This document shows, in pieces, positions 41,001-52,699 of a stretch of DNA of 64,000 bases. The stretch is from NCBI RefSeq assembly GCF_000143415.4, contig NW_003314293.1:1032628-1096627 (forward strand), given 5' to 3'. The DNA is from Selaginella moellendorffii. Its lineage: Eukaryota > Plantae > Lycopodiophyta. Made by a program: the position numbers and the translations under genes. Within the stretch, counting starts at the first letter, position 1; each line of letters starts with the position of its first letter. Below the pieces are notes generated by a model. It was given only the letters and a program-made list of their open reading frames with translations, had not been told where the DNA came from and did not search any database.

Positions 41001-43384
41001 CGAAAAGATGATAGGTAATGCCTCGCGGTTATGGCGTGTGTGCTCATGCCATTCATTGCAGATCAAGGGCTGAGTGAAAGCAGCCAGTCACCACCTCCTG
41101 ACTCAGATTCCTATGGCGGACTCCCCTTCCCCAATCTCAATGGAGAGGTACAATGGATGAGGGATGCTTTTCAAGTTAGGGCCACGTTTTTCTCATCTCG
41201 TCGTCTTCGAAGGGTGCAAGAACGTGCAGAAACCATGTTAAGACAGTCGGGTGAGGATACGGTCCTAGGTCATGCACTAAAACAGGCTATGGATGTCTTG
41301 TATTTTGAGATGGAGACTCGGCCAGATGATTTTCCCAAGATGGTCCTGGAAGAACAAGCCATCCAGCCTGAGCAGCCTATGGAAGAAATGCAGGAGGGGG
41401 ATGAGGAGCTAGAGAAAGATAATGAGCAGGAAGAGCAGAAGGACGAAGAGGAGGAGAAAGAAGAGGAGGACGAAGAAGAGGAGGACGAAGAGGACTTGGA
41501 TGGTCCTCACAATGGTGACGATCACAATAACGACGACGACGATGATGACGACGATGGCCAGCCTAAGGTGGCCAAAGAGTAGCGGAGGAAGGTCATACAA
41601 GACAAACCATCAGGTAAATAATAGTACATCCATTCCTAACCTTTTACCATTTCTAACATTGTCCATGTAGGTCGCAGAGCAAATGGTAAGTAGAGATTAT
41701 TCAGTTGAATTAAGATACAAACTCTAGCCTTTAGTGTCGAGGAAGGATAGTGCCAAGCAAGGGTCGAAACGTATGTCCAATCCTTCAGAATCAGCAGTGC
41801 GCCCAAGTGATATCGGTCCTAGTTCCTCAATAGCAGTTGATGGTAAATACAGTATAGTCGATTCAATGTGCTAATGAGTTTGTTTTTAGTAGCACGGGAG
41901 GATACCATCTCAATCGAAGGGAGATATTTGGACATGCATATGGATCCGCCAGTGGACTCTACTTGCCTGCAAGAGTTATCAGAGCTGGTGGAGGCTATTA
42001 TCCATATCAACGCCAAACAAGCTGACCATGCTCCACTTGATGCTACCCATACCACTGAGTCAATCTTGTCCACGTATCCAACTGACGGTGACCAGGCGCC
42101 ATTGGACCCGCATGAGGCCGCCCCAGCCGCCGAGCCGGTCGTATCCTCATTTCCAACGAACTCAACGTGTGCCCAATCGTCTGACTACGTGCCGTTGGAA
42201 CCTCCCTACACCGCCCCTACTGCCTGTTCGGTCATGTCCACTTTGCTAACGGAGGCACCAGCTGAAATGGCGTGTGATCACACGCCATCGGAACCACCCC
42301 ATGCCACTGTTGAGCCAATTGTACCAGAGTCTACAGCTGAAATGGCATGTGCCCACACGCCATCGGATGCGATTGACCCCACATTGCAGAGGAGAGTATT
42401 TCCGCCCTTCACGTTTCCTCGACCAAAACCCTCTCAACGACCATCGGGAGCACCATTCCCTAATATTGTAGATGGTAAAATTGACTTGTACCATTTTTTA
42501 TGCTGACGCATTTCATTTCAGAGTTACGGCGAAGGTACTGTATCGTTTTTGATCTGAACGGTGTCCTTTTCTCCCATGAGCGTGGTTCGTCCTCGAATGT
42601 CACTGCACCCTCCAAATCCTGCGGTCGCAAGTTGGTCAAAAGAGACAGATTCACATTAATCACACGGGAGAAACTGCGGGATCTAATATTGACCATGCGA
42701 CACTTAAAACAGAGGGCCGGGTTCAATTTGCAATTGGGAGTTTGGACATCCATGATGCGCCACAATGCATTAACGTTGCTACAGATGATGCACGATCAGA
42801 CGCGAATAATATTACCATTTGACTTTCTCCTAATGCAGGAGGATTGCTTGACTATGGTCCATGTGAGGGGTAGCAAGCCCATCTTCGTCAAGCCAGAGGC
42901 TGTAGTGATGAACCGGACTGCTAGGTCAAATGAAATCCTCATCATCGATGACTCGCCGATTAAAACTGCAGCGAACACGCACACATATGCAGTGCACCCC
43001 ATCTCTTGCAGTATGGAAACTAGGGAGAAGAAACCATATGTTCTGGGGGACCTTGCAAAACGGCTTGGAGCGATGGTGATAGAGAACCGGCCAGTCTAGG
43101 AGGTGGCTGCAGAAATCAACCAAATGGCAGATGGAACGGTATATCAGAAGCCATTTGATCGGACAGACACCAGTCATCATTTATGGCATGTATATTGTCT
43201 AGCCAAGCACTATCCGCATCTCCATAATCTGCTCAACCAGATGGGTTCTTCGACCACTGAACATGAGCGTGGACGTATTAGAGAAGAGATGGCATTACTA
43301 TTGGGTTTAAATCCTGATAGTGTGGAGAGTGATGAAATTCCAAGATTATTGTATAGGCATTGGAGGCAAAAAATAACAGTCTGA
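38001..43384 (+). pseudogene. Multi-exon gene: ParB-like domain - degenerate amino-MTase fold - basic/acidic low-complexity linker - FCP1/NIF-like HAD phosphatase
   Basis: Short GT-AG introns (mostly 47-57 nt, phase 1) splice ORFs 38489, 40124, 40704, 40738, 41031, 41868, 42500 and 43103 into one frame. Lesions: 1-nt frameshift ~38484; TAGs at 40058, 40105, 41580 and 43097. Confidence 0.72.
42521..43099 (+). CDS. FCP1/NIF (UBLCP1-like) HAD phosphatase domain exon
   Basis: Motif I IVFDLNGVL, motif II LGVWTSM, motif III FVKP, motif IV LIIDDSPIK..AN...AVHP. Confidence 0.8.
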   Translation, partial: ELRRRYCIVFDLNGVLFSHERGSSSNVTAPSKSCGRKLVKRDRFTLITREKLRDLILTMRHLKQRAGFNLQLGVWTSMMRHNALTLLQMMHDQTRIILPFDFLLMQEDCLTMVHVRGSKPIFVKPEAVVMNRTARSNEILIIDDSPIKTAANTHTYAVHPISCSMETREKKPYVLGDLAKRLGAMVIENRPV

Positions 43385-46149
43385 GATGGCATGTATTTAT
43401 TTAAAAATGTAACTTATTATGGCATGGGGTTCCATGCCATTGTATTAATATTAAAAGACAATTCTTTGAGAGGATTTGCATTATACTAGAAGTGTTACAG
43501 CATGTTATTGGAAGTCTACGAAGTTGTTTTATTAATAAGGGGAAAGTAAAGATTGAATGGGGACTTGGGCTCCACCTAGACTCGGAGCAACTGAGCCAAT
43601 ATTAAAAGGATGGAAAGAAATTGGACGACGATGACAAGGAGAAGAGAGAGGTGAAGCAGTGGCAGGAGGAGGAGAAGTGATTGAGTAGACATTTCCTTGT
43701 TTAAAATAAAATGGCATGTGCCTCAATGCAGTTGAATTTTGTTATATTTATATACTATATAAAGGTTTGGAAACCTTATTTTACAAGTGGGATAATGACA
43801 ATTCCCACTTTAACGAAATAGAGCTTTTATGAGCACCCTGCCGCAACGAAAAGAGGTCAACAAGTAGCTGACTTGTGGGTTTTTCCTCAACGAAACATTC
43901 TCTGAAAGAAGCAAGTAGTGTCTAAAAGTCTGTTCGGTCCTCTAGGAGGAGAGAATCTACCCAAGTTGCTGCTTTGCCTTCAAGAGACTGCAAGAAGTCA
44001 CGGCACATACAATCATCATCGACGATCATGTTTGTGGTGCAGTAATAATCAAAATGACTGATATGTGATGTTGGAGAGACTGTTTTAACACCTAAGAAGG
44101 TCGGCAGATCACTCCCCTTCTGCAAAACATGGAGCTGAGGTCAAGCTAAAAGTGGCTGTGCCATAGCTCATAGATTTAAGTCACTAGAATTTGCAAGAGG
44201 ACTTGGCTTGAGAAGGTGTAGTGTCATACCTAAACTGCCTTTGGATGTTAGAAAGTTTACTTCGTACCTTAGGGCCTTGAGCTATGGTAAAAGGGTGCCA
44301 ATTTGTCGCACATCTAGTTTGTACCGGCATCAAATACCCTGAACACTGTAAATGCCCAGCCAAGGCAACTGGGTTGACAGAAGCAGGAAGACTGTAGACT
44401 TGTGCTCAAGCCACTCAAAGTTGCCTAAAATGCTTGTGACAAAGAGAAATAAAGGTCGAAATGGAAAGAGATGTAAGCCACAAACACACGTAACCATTGA
44501 CCTGTAGGGTAACTGCCGGAGTAACTGCTGGAGTAGTTGCTGGAGTAGCCGCTGGAATAGCCGGTAACCGGTAACTCGTAACCAATAACTAGGGACCTGT
44601 AACCTGTAACCGGTAACCCCTTGCTCTCACTCCTACTTCTGCGTCTGCTCCTACCGTCCTTGTTCCTACGCCAACTCTTGTTCTTGCTCCTCCTATTCTT
44701 GTTCCTACGCCAACTCTGTTCTTGCTCCTCCTGTTCCTTGAAGATTGCTTCGTTTCCAAGGAACTCCCAACAAAGTTTAGCCCGAAAGAGAAAAATGAGT
44801 GGGTTCGTTGGAAAGGGCTTAGCCCTATCTACCCTCTATTGCAGGAATTTATGAAGAAACTGCCTTAATATTCCCCGAAATCCAAGAAGAGGTAGCCCAA
44901 AACACCAATATTGTGGAAAAACATGTGCATGTCACTGATGTAGATCGATATTAAGGCATTGTTAGTATTTTCAAAAAGCCTAGGACCAAGAGCACCTCTA
45001 GAAACAAACAGCATCCAAAACAAAGCCTGGAATAGCATAAATTCCTACTACAAAGATGACCCAATCTAGCCGGAGAAGAAAATCCTTTTGCATGCGGCCA
45101 ATTTGGCCAAATCTAACACCAAGAATCACCACTACTCATAGATCCAGGCCAGATATACAAGCCCAAATGCACTACTTTGAGAAATTGGGCTGAGGATTTA
45201 GCCCTAAACTGTTTTTCAAATCGAGCCAAGAAACGTTGTATTTTTTCAAATATTGCACGGCTTGATGAGCGCCATACCTTCCTAGAAAGAGGAGCTCCAA
45301 ACCTATCTAACACGCCCAAGATCAAACAAAACCACCGCAAGACGAACAAAGAATTCCTTCCCAAAGTCTGCAACCAAAAGAAAAAGAGAGAAATGACACA
45401 TCAAAAAGTGTTATGCGTCATGCTAGGTTCACCATTTGTTGGGGGAAGGAAGGGCCCTAATTCTTGCTCAAACACAAAAAATGCTTCAATGCCCTTCACA
45501 AAAATGCCCCCCCTCCCACTGCCCTTTTGGGGCAAGGGTTTTATACAAGGAAGATGGGGAATATTCCTTCTCTCTCTCTCACTCTCTCGGTGGCCACACT
45601 CTAACAATAGTTAGCAAGGATCTTGTGCTGGTTAGCAAACCAAACACCTCCAATGGTCTACTTTCAATGCAGGTGATGCTAAGAGTAATCATAGTGAGCC
45701 CAGCTGAAATGAAGTGTAAGAAGACAAAAAACAAAAATACACATGAAGGAAATCATTCAAGAAAGGCAATGCAAAGGCAAACCAAAGCGATTTGAAACAG
45801 AGAGAAATCAACTTTAATCATCAACATTAAAAACTGACTAAATGAAGAATGGAAGAAAACTGACCATTTCCATTGTCTCCTGCCTCCATGACCAATTGGT
45901 ATAAAATGGGGCCAAAGGATGAGCAATCCCGACAGTTGGACACAAGCAAAGCATGATCTAGCTCTGACACAGCACCAGGCCTGTTGAGAATTCTAACATA
46001 GACCAGCAGAGTTTAGTAGCAAAAAGAAAACCAAATAAGAATGAAACTAGATATCAACTAAGTATACCAAGTAGACTTGAATATGATCACAAGAAGTAGT
46101 GGCTACCGTTTATCGGATTTGGCAATGCATGTCCTGTGAGCTCTGCAAG

Positions 46150-47400
46150 ACGATAAGAGTTAGTACCTACAGTATGAAGTACCTGATAGGGACCAATCCA
46201 AGGAGATTGGAACTCGCATGGTGTCTAGTTGCTGCATCAAACCGCCAGACCAAATCTCCAGGCAGAAATGTCTTCCCTTGCTGGCGAGAATGACCCAAGG
46301 CAGCCTGATGTGATATCTGAATACGCAACATCACAAGCTCTCGATCCTCATCCTGTTCCGCTTGCTGTGTAGTGGAAGTGACTGATGTTGACGAAGATGG
46401 ATCCGCTTCCTCTGTAGAGACTCTATATGTTGGCAAGCACAGCTGGATCGGCAACAGTGCCTCAAGGCCATACACGAAACGAAATGGTGTAAAACCTGTT
46501 GGCAGCTTCTCTGTTGTACGATATGACCAGAGGGCATGAGGCAAGAACAATGGCCAGGATCTTGGATTATCTTGGACCAGCTTCTGAAGGATAGGCTTCA
46601 GTGATTTATTCATGATCTCTGCAATACAAACTTGACTTCAAGTGTGAAACTCCCAGCTTCTGGACCAATTCAGCCACTACTGAGCCAAGAAAGTGTGATC
46701 CACAACCGGACAGGAGGATACGAGGTACTCCGATATGATAAAGTGTCCTGTGGTAACTTCATCTGCTGCGCACAGGAGATCGCCTCAACCCATTTGGTAA
46801 CAGTCAGTATGTATGCATGATGATTAGAAGCCAATGGGAAAGGTCCTGCGTAATCAAGGCTCCACCTTGAGAATGGTGCCTCTGGTGCAATAGGATGTAA
46901 TGGGAGCTTTCCCTTCAGGTGGACAACCTCAAATCGCTAGCAAGGTTGGCAGCGTTGAACAAAACGAAGACTATCCACATATAGAGTCAGCCAGAAATAG
47001 CCTGCCTGCAACACCTTTTGCTGGTCAGAAAAATGACCACCACAGTCATGGACAGCAGCTAGCACCTTCTCTGCTTCCTCTGCATCAATGCATCGTAATA
47101 AAGTGCCACCCTCTTGTCCGCAGTACAGAATATCACCCACTAGGAGGAATTTAGCCGCTCGCTGAAAAAGTTGACGTCATTCCCATTTTGATAAATGTGA
47201 GAAAAGAACAGCCAGTAAATCTGTGTACCAAGGGCGATGCACAACAACATATGTAGTCTCCAAACTCAGGTCAGTGTTGGAAGGGATGGCAGTGACTGCC
47301 AAAAGAGATGCCAAAGATGTGGGATTTAACACTCGTTCATTCTCTGTGAGGATGACAAAATCAAAAACTTGGAGTCCTTGCACACCGGGTGACTGAGCAG
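46150..47400 (-). mobile_element. Degenerate Gypsy integrase fragment
   Basis: HHCC zinc finger (VHDCGGHF...QRCQPC); core ...LWSYRTTEKLPTGFTPFRFVYG. Confidence 0.75.
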
Positions 47401-47599
47401 GTATGAGAGCAGGTTGACTGTGTGTGAACCACCATTAGTGGCCAACCTTTGATCGAGTCTCCCAGATAATGTTGGAGCTTATGAAAAATCGCTGCACAAT
47501 ACTGCTCAACTTTGGGCTTGGCCAACTCTGTGCGTTTCAAATTCCACCCCGTAAAATAGATTGCAGAAAATGCAGATGAAAGCATCATAAGTTGTGGTT

Positions 47600-49987
47600 G
47601 ATACAAGGCTTGCAGCAGTAGAATCAATTCAAGAGGGGCAATCTTCAGCAGCAACTAGTGAAGCTCATGAAGAAGATCCAATTGGATTTTTACCTAGTTT
47701 GAATTCTAAGCTTGCTTCAACTAGAGAGATACATGATTGGAAGAGAACATTCAAGCAAAATGAGAGAAAGCTGAGAGCAAAAGGGAGGAAAGACAAGTTT
47801 GGATTGTTTTTATATGACCAAGATGGATGCACTCACTTCAAAATCATTTGTTAGGTGTGTGGAACTTTTTATGGAGGAGACCTGAAAGACATTACAATTT
47901 CATTTCAAAGCACTGCAGTGGAGCTAGGCATGAAGCAAACTACACAAAAAATCAGCTGCAGCAAGAGAAAGATGATCGGGAAGAAGCTAACGTGGAAAGT
48001 CCTGTTGAAGGTGCTAAACTTGCTAGTCATGAGGAAATAAAAAATGAAGTGGAGAAGCTGATAAATGGAACCATGGAAAGGTTTTGCAATGAAAATAACA
48101 TTCGCTTCACTCTCTACCAACCAAGTGTAGGAAATTTTGAGAGGAGGAATAACATTCAAGTTTGTTGTGAGCATTGTGAGAAAACGTTAATGTTTTTTCC
48201 TCCTGCTGAGATTCTCTTGAACAATCTGATGGTTCACATTTCTGGGAATAAGCACAAGAATGCTGGCCGAGAAAGAAGCACTAGAGGTCAGCCAGCTAAA
48301 GTTGCAAACACTAACAATAAACAAGGAAACCTCCTTAGCTATTTCACACAAAGTAAGAAATTGTATTCCAGTTTTTGTAAAGTAATAATGTGTATTGTTT
48401 AAATTTGTTAAGGAAAAGGAGTCCTGTCAAGTAGTTCTTCTTAGAACTTCATAGCATCTCTAGATGAGTCTTCAAAGTAAGTAGCATTTCATATGCTTTA
48501 CATAGTGTGATTGCTTGTATAGTGTGATCTATTGTATGTTGATAGGAATTGAAAGACTTTGCTTTGGATACTGGAAAAATGATTAAAAATACAGCTTGAG
48601 TTTTGTGAATGTTCATCCTCTTCTCCAAGATGTAAAAGAGGGAGGTCGTTGGTTCTGTGATCCAAACTTCAAAGCAGCAGCAAATGGTGTTATTATTAAT
48701 AGAACATTCAGATCAAAACAGTGTCTAAGAGTGACAAACAACATTTGTGGATTCAAGAACAAGCAGTGCAAGTATTTTATGACAGTACCAGCTTGTAGTG
48801 ACTTCAAAGGATATGCTTTATGGGAAAGCAAAGTGACAATACCACAAGGATAAAGATTGAAGAGGCGTGGAATGAGACTTGACTACATGACTACAGCTGA
48901 GAACATAGATATAGCAGTAGGCTAGTGCAAGTGGAGAATAGAAAGTTGCCATTGGAACTATTGACCATAAGATGCAGGATAGCAGCTCTTTCAATTCATT
49001 GCCGGAGCTTAAAAGAAGGAAAGCACCATTTGTAAGGATATCAGAAAATTCAACTCTAACCTCAAACAAGCTTGGCAACAAGGCAAATTTAAGGGCAAAG
49101 AGATAGTTCTTCACGTGATGTAAGATTTGCTGTAGGGAATAACCAGGAAAAAACAATATTTATCTAAATTTTTTTCCTTACGCTCTTTACACATTGAAAC
49201 CACGAAATGGATTTTTGCAAGTAACAAAAATGTGAGGGGGGGAGCGGGTTTAAAACTTCCTTCACTTGAACCTTGGATTGCCAAGTTTGTCAACAATAAA
49301 GCGTGACATGAAAAAAAACTTCAGATACACAATAGGTTTGCAATCTGAGATATTTTTGAACCTTTCTAAGGTTTACAAGTTCAAGATGGAGAGTTTACAG
49401 CTTGAGCTAGGGAAAACTGTTATTAAAAGGATGATCAGATGGATTGCTCATGATGATGTTTTGCTCGGGTTTTGTGGAAAGAAGGGGGAGGGTCACAAGT
49501 GTGTGAATGGTTTCGTCATGAAAGTTGGGAATGGAGAAGCAGGTTATGAACAGATCACTCACGTGTTTGGTTCTTTCTATTTAGCTTACTTGTAATCGGT
49601 TTACAGCTTCAGATGTTCAAAAACTATGGAACTTGATCCATCAAATATGGGGACAACATCTTCACAATGTTGTTGGCCCCTTGATTGGCCATTCATCAGA
49701 TGGAGATTAGAGATGGCATAGACTAATGCTTGAAGACATGAGTTTGGGGGATACAGCAACAGGAACTTAACTCTGTACCTTGGTTAGGGTGGCTATTTTC
49801 TGGAAAGTGGAACTCAATAGGGAACCTTCTGATACATGATCAAGACTATGTGCGTAATGGGAAGAAGCTGACCAATCCATTGCATAGTGCAATAAGATAA
49901 CTGTTTCTAGGAGATGAGTTTGTGCATTTCAATGACATTTGGGAAGTTTTTGAAAACTTTCATAGTAAACACAGACTGCAACTCGGG
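47600..49987 (+). pseudogene. Decayed P-element-superfamily-like DDE transposase, truncated by the family-2 element
   Basis: N-terminal C2H2 (CEHC...HISGNKH); LNLGLPSLSTIKR; LLGFCG; TCNRFT; GPLIGHSSDGD; HDQDYV(R)NGKKLTNPL, resembling the D-x2-H-x2-K-x2-RN motif of P/THAP9 transposases. Confidence 0.55.
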
Positions 49988-50184
49988 GAGCCTGGGTAGG
50001 TTTTGAGCTCATGAGCTCACGAGCTGAGCTCACGGCCTCTTAAACATAAGGGAAACATTGGTTCGTCCCGAACCAACATCTTTTCATTTTTCAAATTTTG
50101 ATTTAATCTATATTTCTAAGTAAATTCGACCAATAAAATACAAATATAAATATAGATCTGAACACTAAAAGCAATCGAAAAACA

Positions 50185-50284
50185 NNNNNNNNNNNNNNNN
50201 NNNNNNNNNNNNNNNNNNNNNNNNNNNNNNNNNNNNNNNNNNNNNNNNNNNNNNNNNNNNNNNNNNNNNNNNNNNNNNNNNNNN
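50185..50284. other. Assembly gap (100 N)
   Basis: N run. Confidence 1.
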
Positions 50285-51430
50285 AAATATACCTTTCCCC
50301 TGTTCTCCCGCTATGTAAAATCTAGACAAGTACATAATGGATTTTCGCAAAGTTTGATAGTGTAGCTCGTACCCTTTGATGACTTAGTCATAATAACAAA
50401 CTCCTTAGCCACAGCACTGATGTAGTTTGTCTTTGTGATTGTGCACTTCAGCTCTTTTGCCAGCTTGATCTTTACTTGTGCACCTTTTGAAATGGAAGAT
50501 CTGTATTGTACAGCCTTCCCATTCCTAACTGGTCGTGTATGCCAGTCTAGTGTTAATATTGGTGGCATAGCAGTACTAACAGCAACATTTGAGGAAGTCT
50601 TTAGCTTGAAACATGCTCTCTCTAGACTTTCAATCTCTTCTTTCAAAAGATTGCAGCTTCGCTCAACAGGCCACGCCTCTAGCATAGAATCTGGCTTCAA
50701 AATAATTGAGCTGTGGATCGGCTTGTATGAGTAACATCAGTCCCACAACAGTAAATCCAGCTTGACTGGCGGCCCTTCACTCCTAGATCTCGACAGCCCC
50801 AAAAACATGGCACTGCTGAAGTTGTCTCCTTCACGCCACCATATGCACATCTCATTTGCCTTTGCCTCATGCTGGAAACTCGAAGAATATATTCCCATTA
50901 TAGGAAGAAGGAAGCTCCTCACCTCTCATGTACTGGAACTCCTTCAATTCCAACTGTAATGATTGAGATTGCCGAAATGCCTTATCCACCGCTTCAAAAA
51001 CTGGTCCAAAAGGAACACACCTACTTGTTTGGGAAGCTATGTCGGGAAGCTCATCTTTTTCATTTTCGTCACTGGAGAGAATAACAACTTCATCCTTCAC
51101 TCCTTGCACAGTTAGCTATGAAACTGATGCGCTCTCCTCTACTCGCTTTGGAGATCCTGTAACTAGAATCTCCTGACCTATACATCTATCAAGATCCCAT
51201 TGAATCCCATTCTCTCCCACACCACTGTCAAGAAGAATGGATTTTTTTATCTGATTACCCTTATCATGACATACATTCTCCAAACTAACTGATCCCGACT
51301 TCAGCTTGAATCTTCTGCAGAGGAAGCTCTATCCTATAACACTCTTAGAAAAAACAATTGGAGGCTCTTGATCGAACTTCAAATAGAATTCTCTCATATC
51401 TTCTCCTTGCTCGAGCACTTAGAAAAAATT
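50285..51430 (-). pseudogene. SWIM zinc-finger protein remnant (putative transposase), divergent to the ParB gene
   Basis: GTSYTIKLCENPLCTCLDF (SWIM Y-x-V/I...CxC start), running into the gap; N-terminal EELPSSYNGNIFFEFP; multiple stops. Confidence 0.5.
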
Positions 51431-51963
51431 TGGGGAGAAACTGATAAGAAAGAATAAAGATATTTTTTTGTATTGTGAGCATTAATTAGCTATGTCCTTG
51501 TAAAGGACAAATTAACTATTTTAACAAATTATATAACCGTTAAGAATCTAGAGAGATATGAGAATCTTAAAGAGCCATATTAATTGTATAATTGATTGTG
51601 AGAGAAATAATATTGTTGAAATGAATGTAGTTTTGAGTGAGAAGTGCCAGTCAATCACAAAAGTTGTAGCATTGATTGCTTGTTCTCCCTCTCATCTCTA
51701 TGCTCTCTTCCCTTCAAGAGAGTTTCATTCTTTTGTGACAAATGAGAGAGAGTCAAGCTCGGAAAGGTTGGTTCGTAGGTGGTTTTTTTGCCATCAAAGA
51801 GAATGAAAATCATGGCCATTGATCGTGACTGTTGATTGCGTCCGTTGATTTTTAGGGTTTTACACCTAAGGCATGCTTGAGCAGAGAAGGGCGAGAGAAA
51901 GGAGCTTCAACCTAGCAATGTGCTTCAAGACACTCCTCAAACAAGGTATGCTTCCTTGAGAAG

Positions 51964-52488
51964 GTTGGTCCGTGCGCGAACCGACGTCTCCTCACTTTTT
52001 TTCTTCCATGAGAAATTTTCTGTTTTCTCGACTTTTGTTTTCTCTTGAGGGATAGAGATGTTGGTTCTTGTGCGAACCGACATCTCCTAGCATTCTATTT
52101 CATTTTCTGTTTAGCATTTTGCCCATCTTTGCCTGGTTTTTTTTAATTTTTTTCCTTGTTGAAGGGGTGGGAAAGATCGGTTCGCGCGCGAATTGACGTC
52201 TCCCCACCTTCATTTTTTCTAGAAGCGAGCTTTCTTGGTTTTTTTCATGTTTCTAGTGGTGAGATCTCTATATTTTCGAAAATAAAGAGAGATAGAAATG
52301 TCGGTTCTTGTGCAAATCGACATCTTCAAGATTTTTTTTATAATTTCATTGACTTGATAAGGCATTTCATGTGAAAATTAGAGGGTGGAAGATGTCAATT
52401 CTTGCACGAACCAACCTCTCCCGTATTCTTGTTGTGTTTTTCCTTTTTCTCAAGAGGTAGGGTGAGGTCGGTTCTCGCGCGAACCAAC
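51964..52488. repeat. Cluster of six GTCGGTTC-N6-GAACCGAC palindromes (duplicated at 56792-57313)
   Basis: Sites at 51964, 52060, 52176, 52300, 52394 and 52467. Confidence 0.9.
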
Positions 52489-52699
52489 CTTTCCTAGTGA
52501 CTTGTGTTTTTTTCCTTTGCATTTCTTGTAGTTTATAATTTATTTTTCATATCTTTTACTTACAAACTTTTCTTGTGTGAGCAGATATAAATCAAGCTTG
52601 ACTGCCTAAAACTTCCAACAAGGGACTTGAACTTAAAATGCCACAAGTTTGCTTTACATTACAAGTTCGATGTTATAATATTTTTGCTTTTTATTTTAG

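Larger units (their letters stand above)
36841..43824. mobile_element. Family-1 ParB/MTase/HAD-carrying TIR element, copy B (left end truncated)
   Basis: Lies between the Tat aRH and gag. Right end reverse-complemented matches the MITE left end at 36 of 40 bases. About 12 copies of the 22-bp palindrome. Confidence 0.8.
27055..45606 (-). mobile_element. Tat-like Ty3/Gypsy element with an additional RNase H upstream of RT; hosts the MITE, the LINE and family-1 copy B
   Basis: LTRs 27055-27547 and 45437-45606 (TGTTGG...CTAACA); ATAG on both flanks; PBS TGGTGAACCTAGC left of 45437. gag ~43900-44130; aRH 36500-36840; RT 36090-36400 and 30800-31320 (YMDD); integrase 29000-30000. Confidence 0.8.

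Noticed and set aside
47600-49987. P-like transposase as the mobiliser of the ParB elements
   Set aside because: It lies outside the family-2 TIR, is interrupted by it, and I saw neither palindrome in it.
51964-52488. CRISPR-like appearance of regularly spaced palindromes
   Set aside because: Repeats are degenerate with a variable core, spacing is irregular (73-124 bp), there are no cas genes, and the context is eukaryotic.
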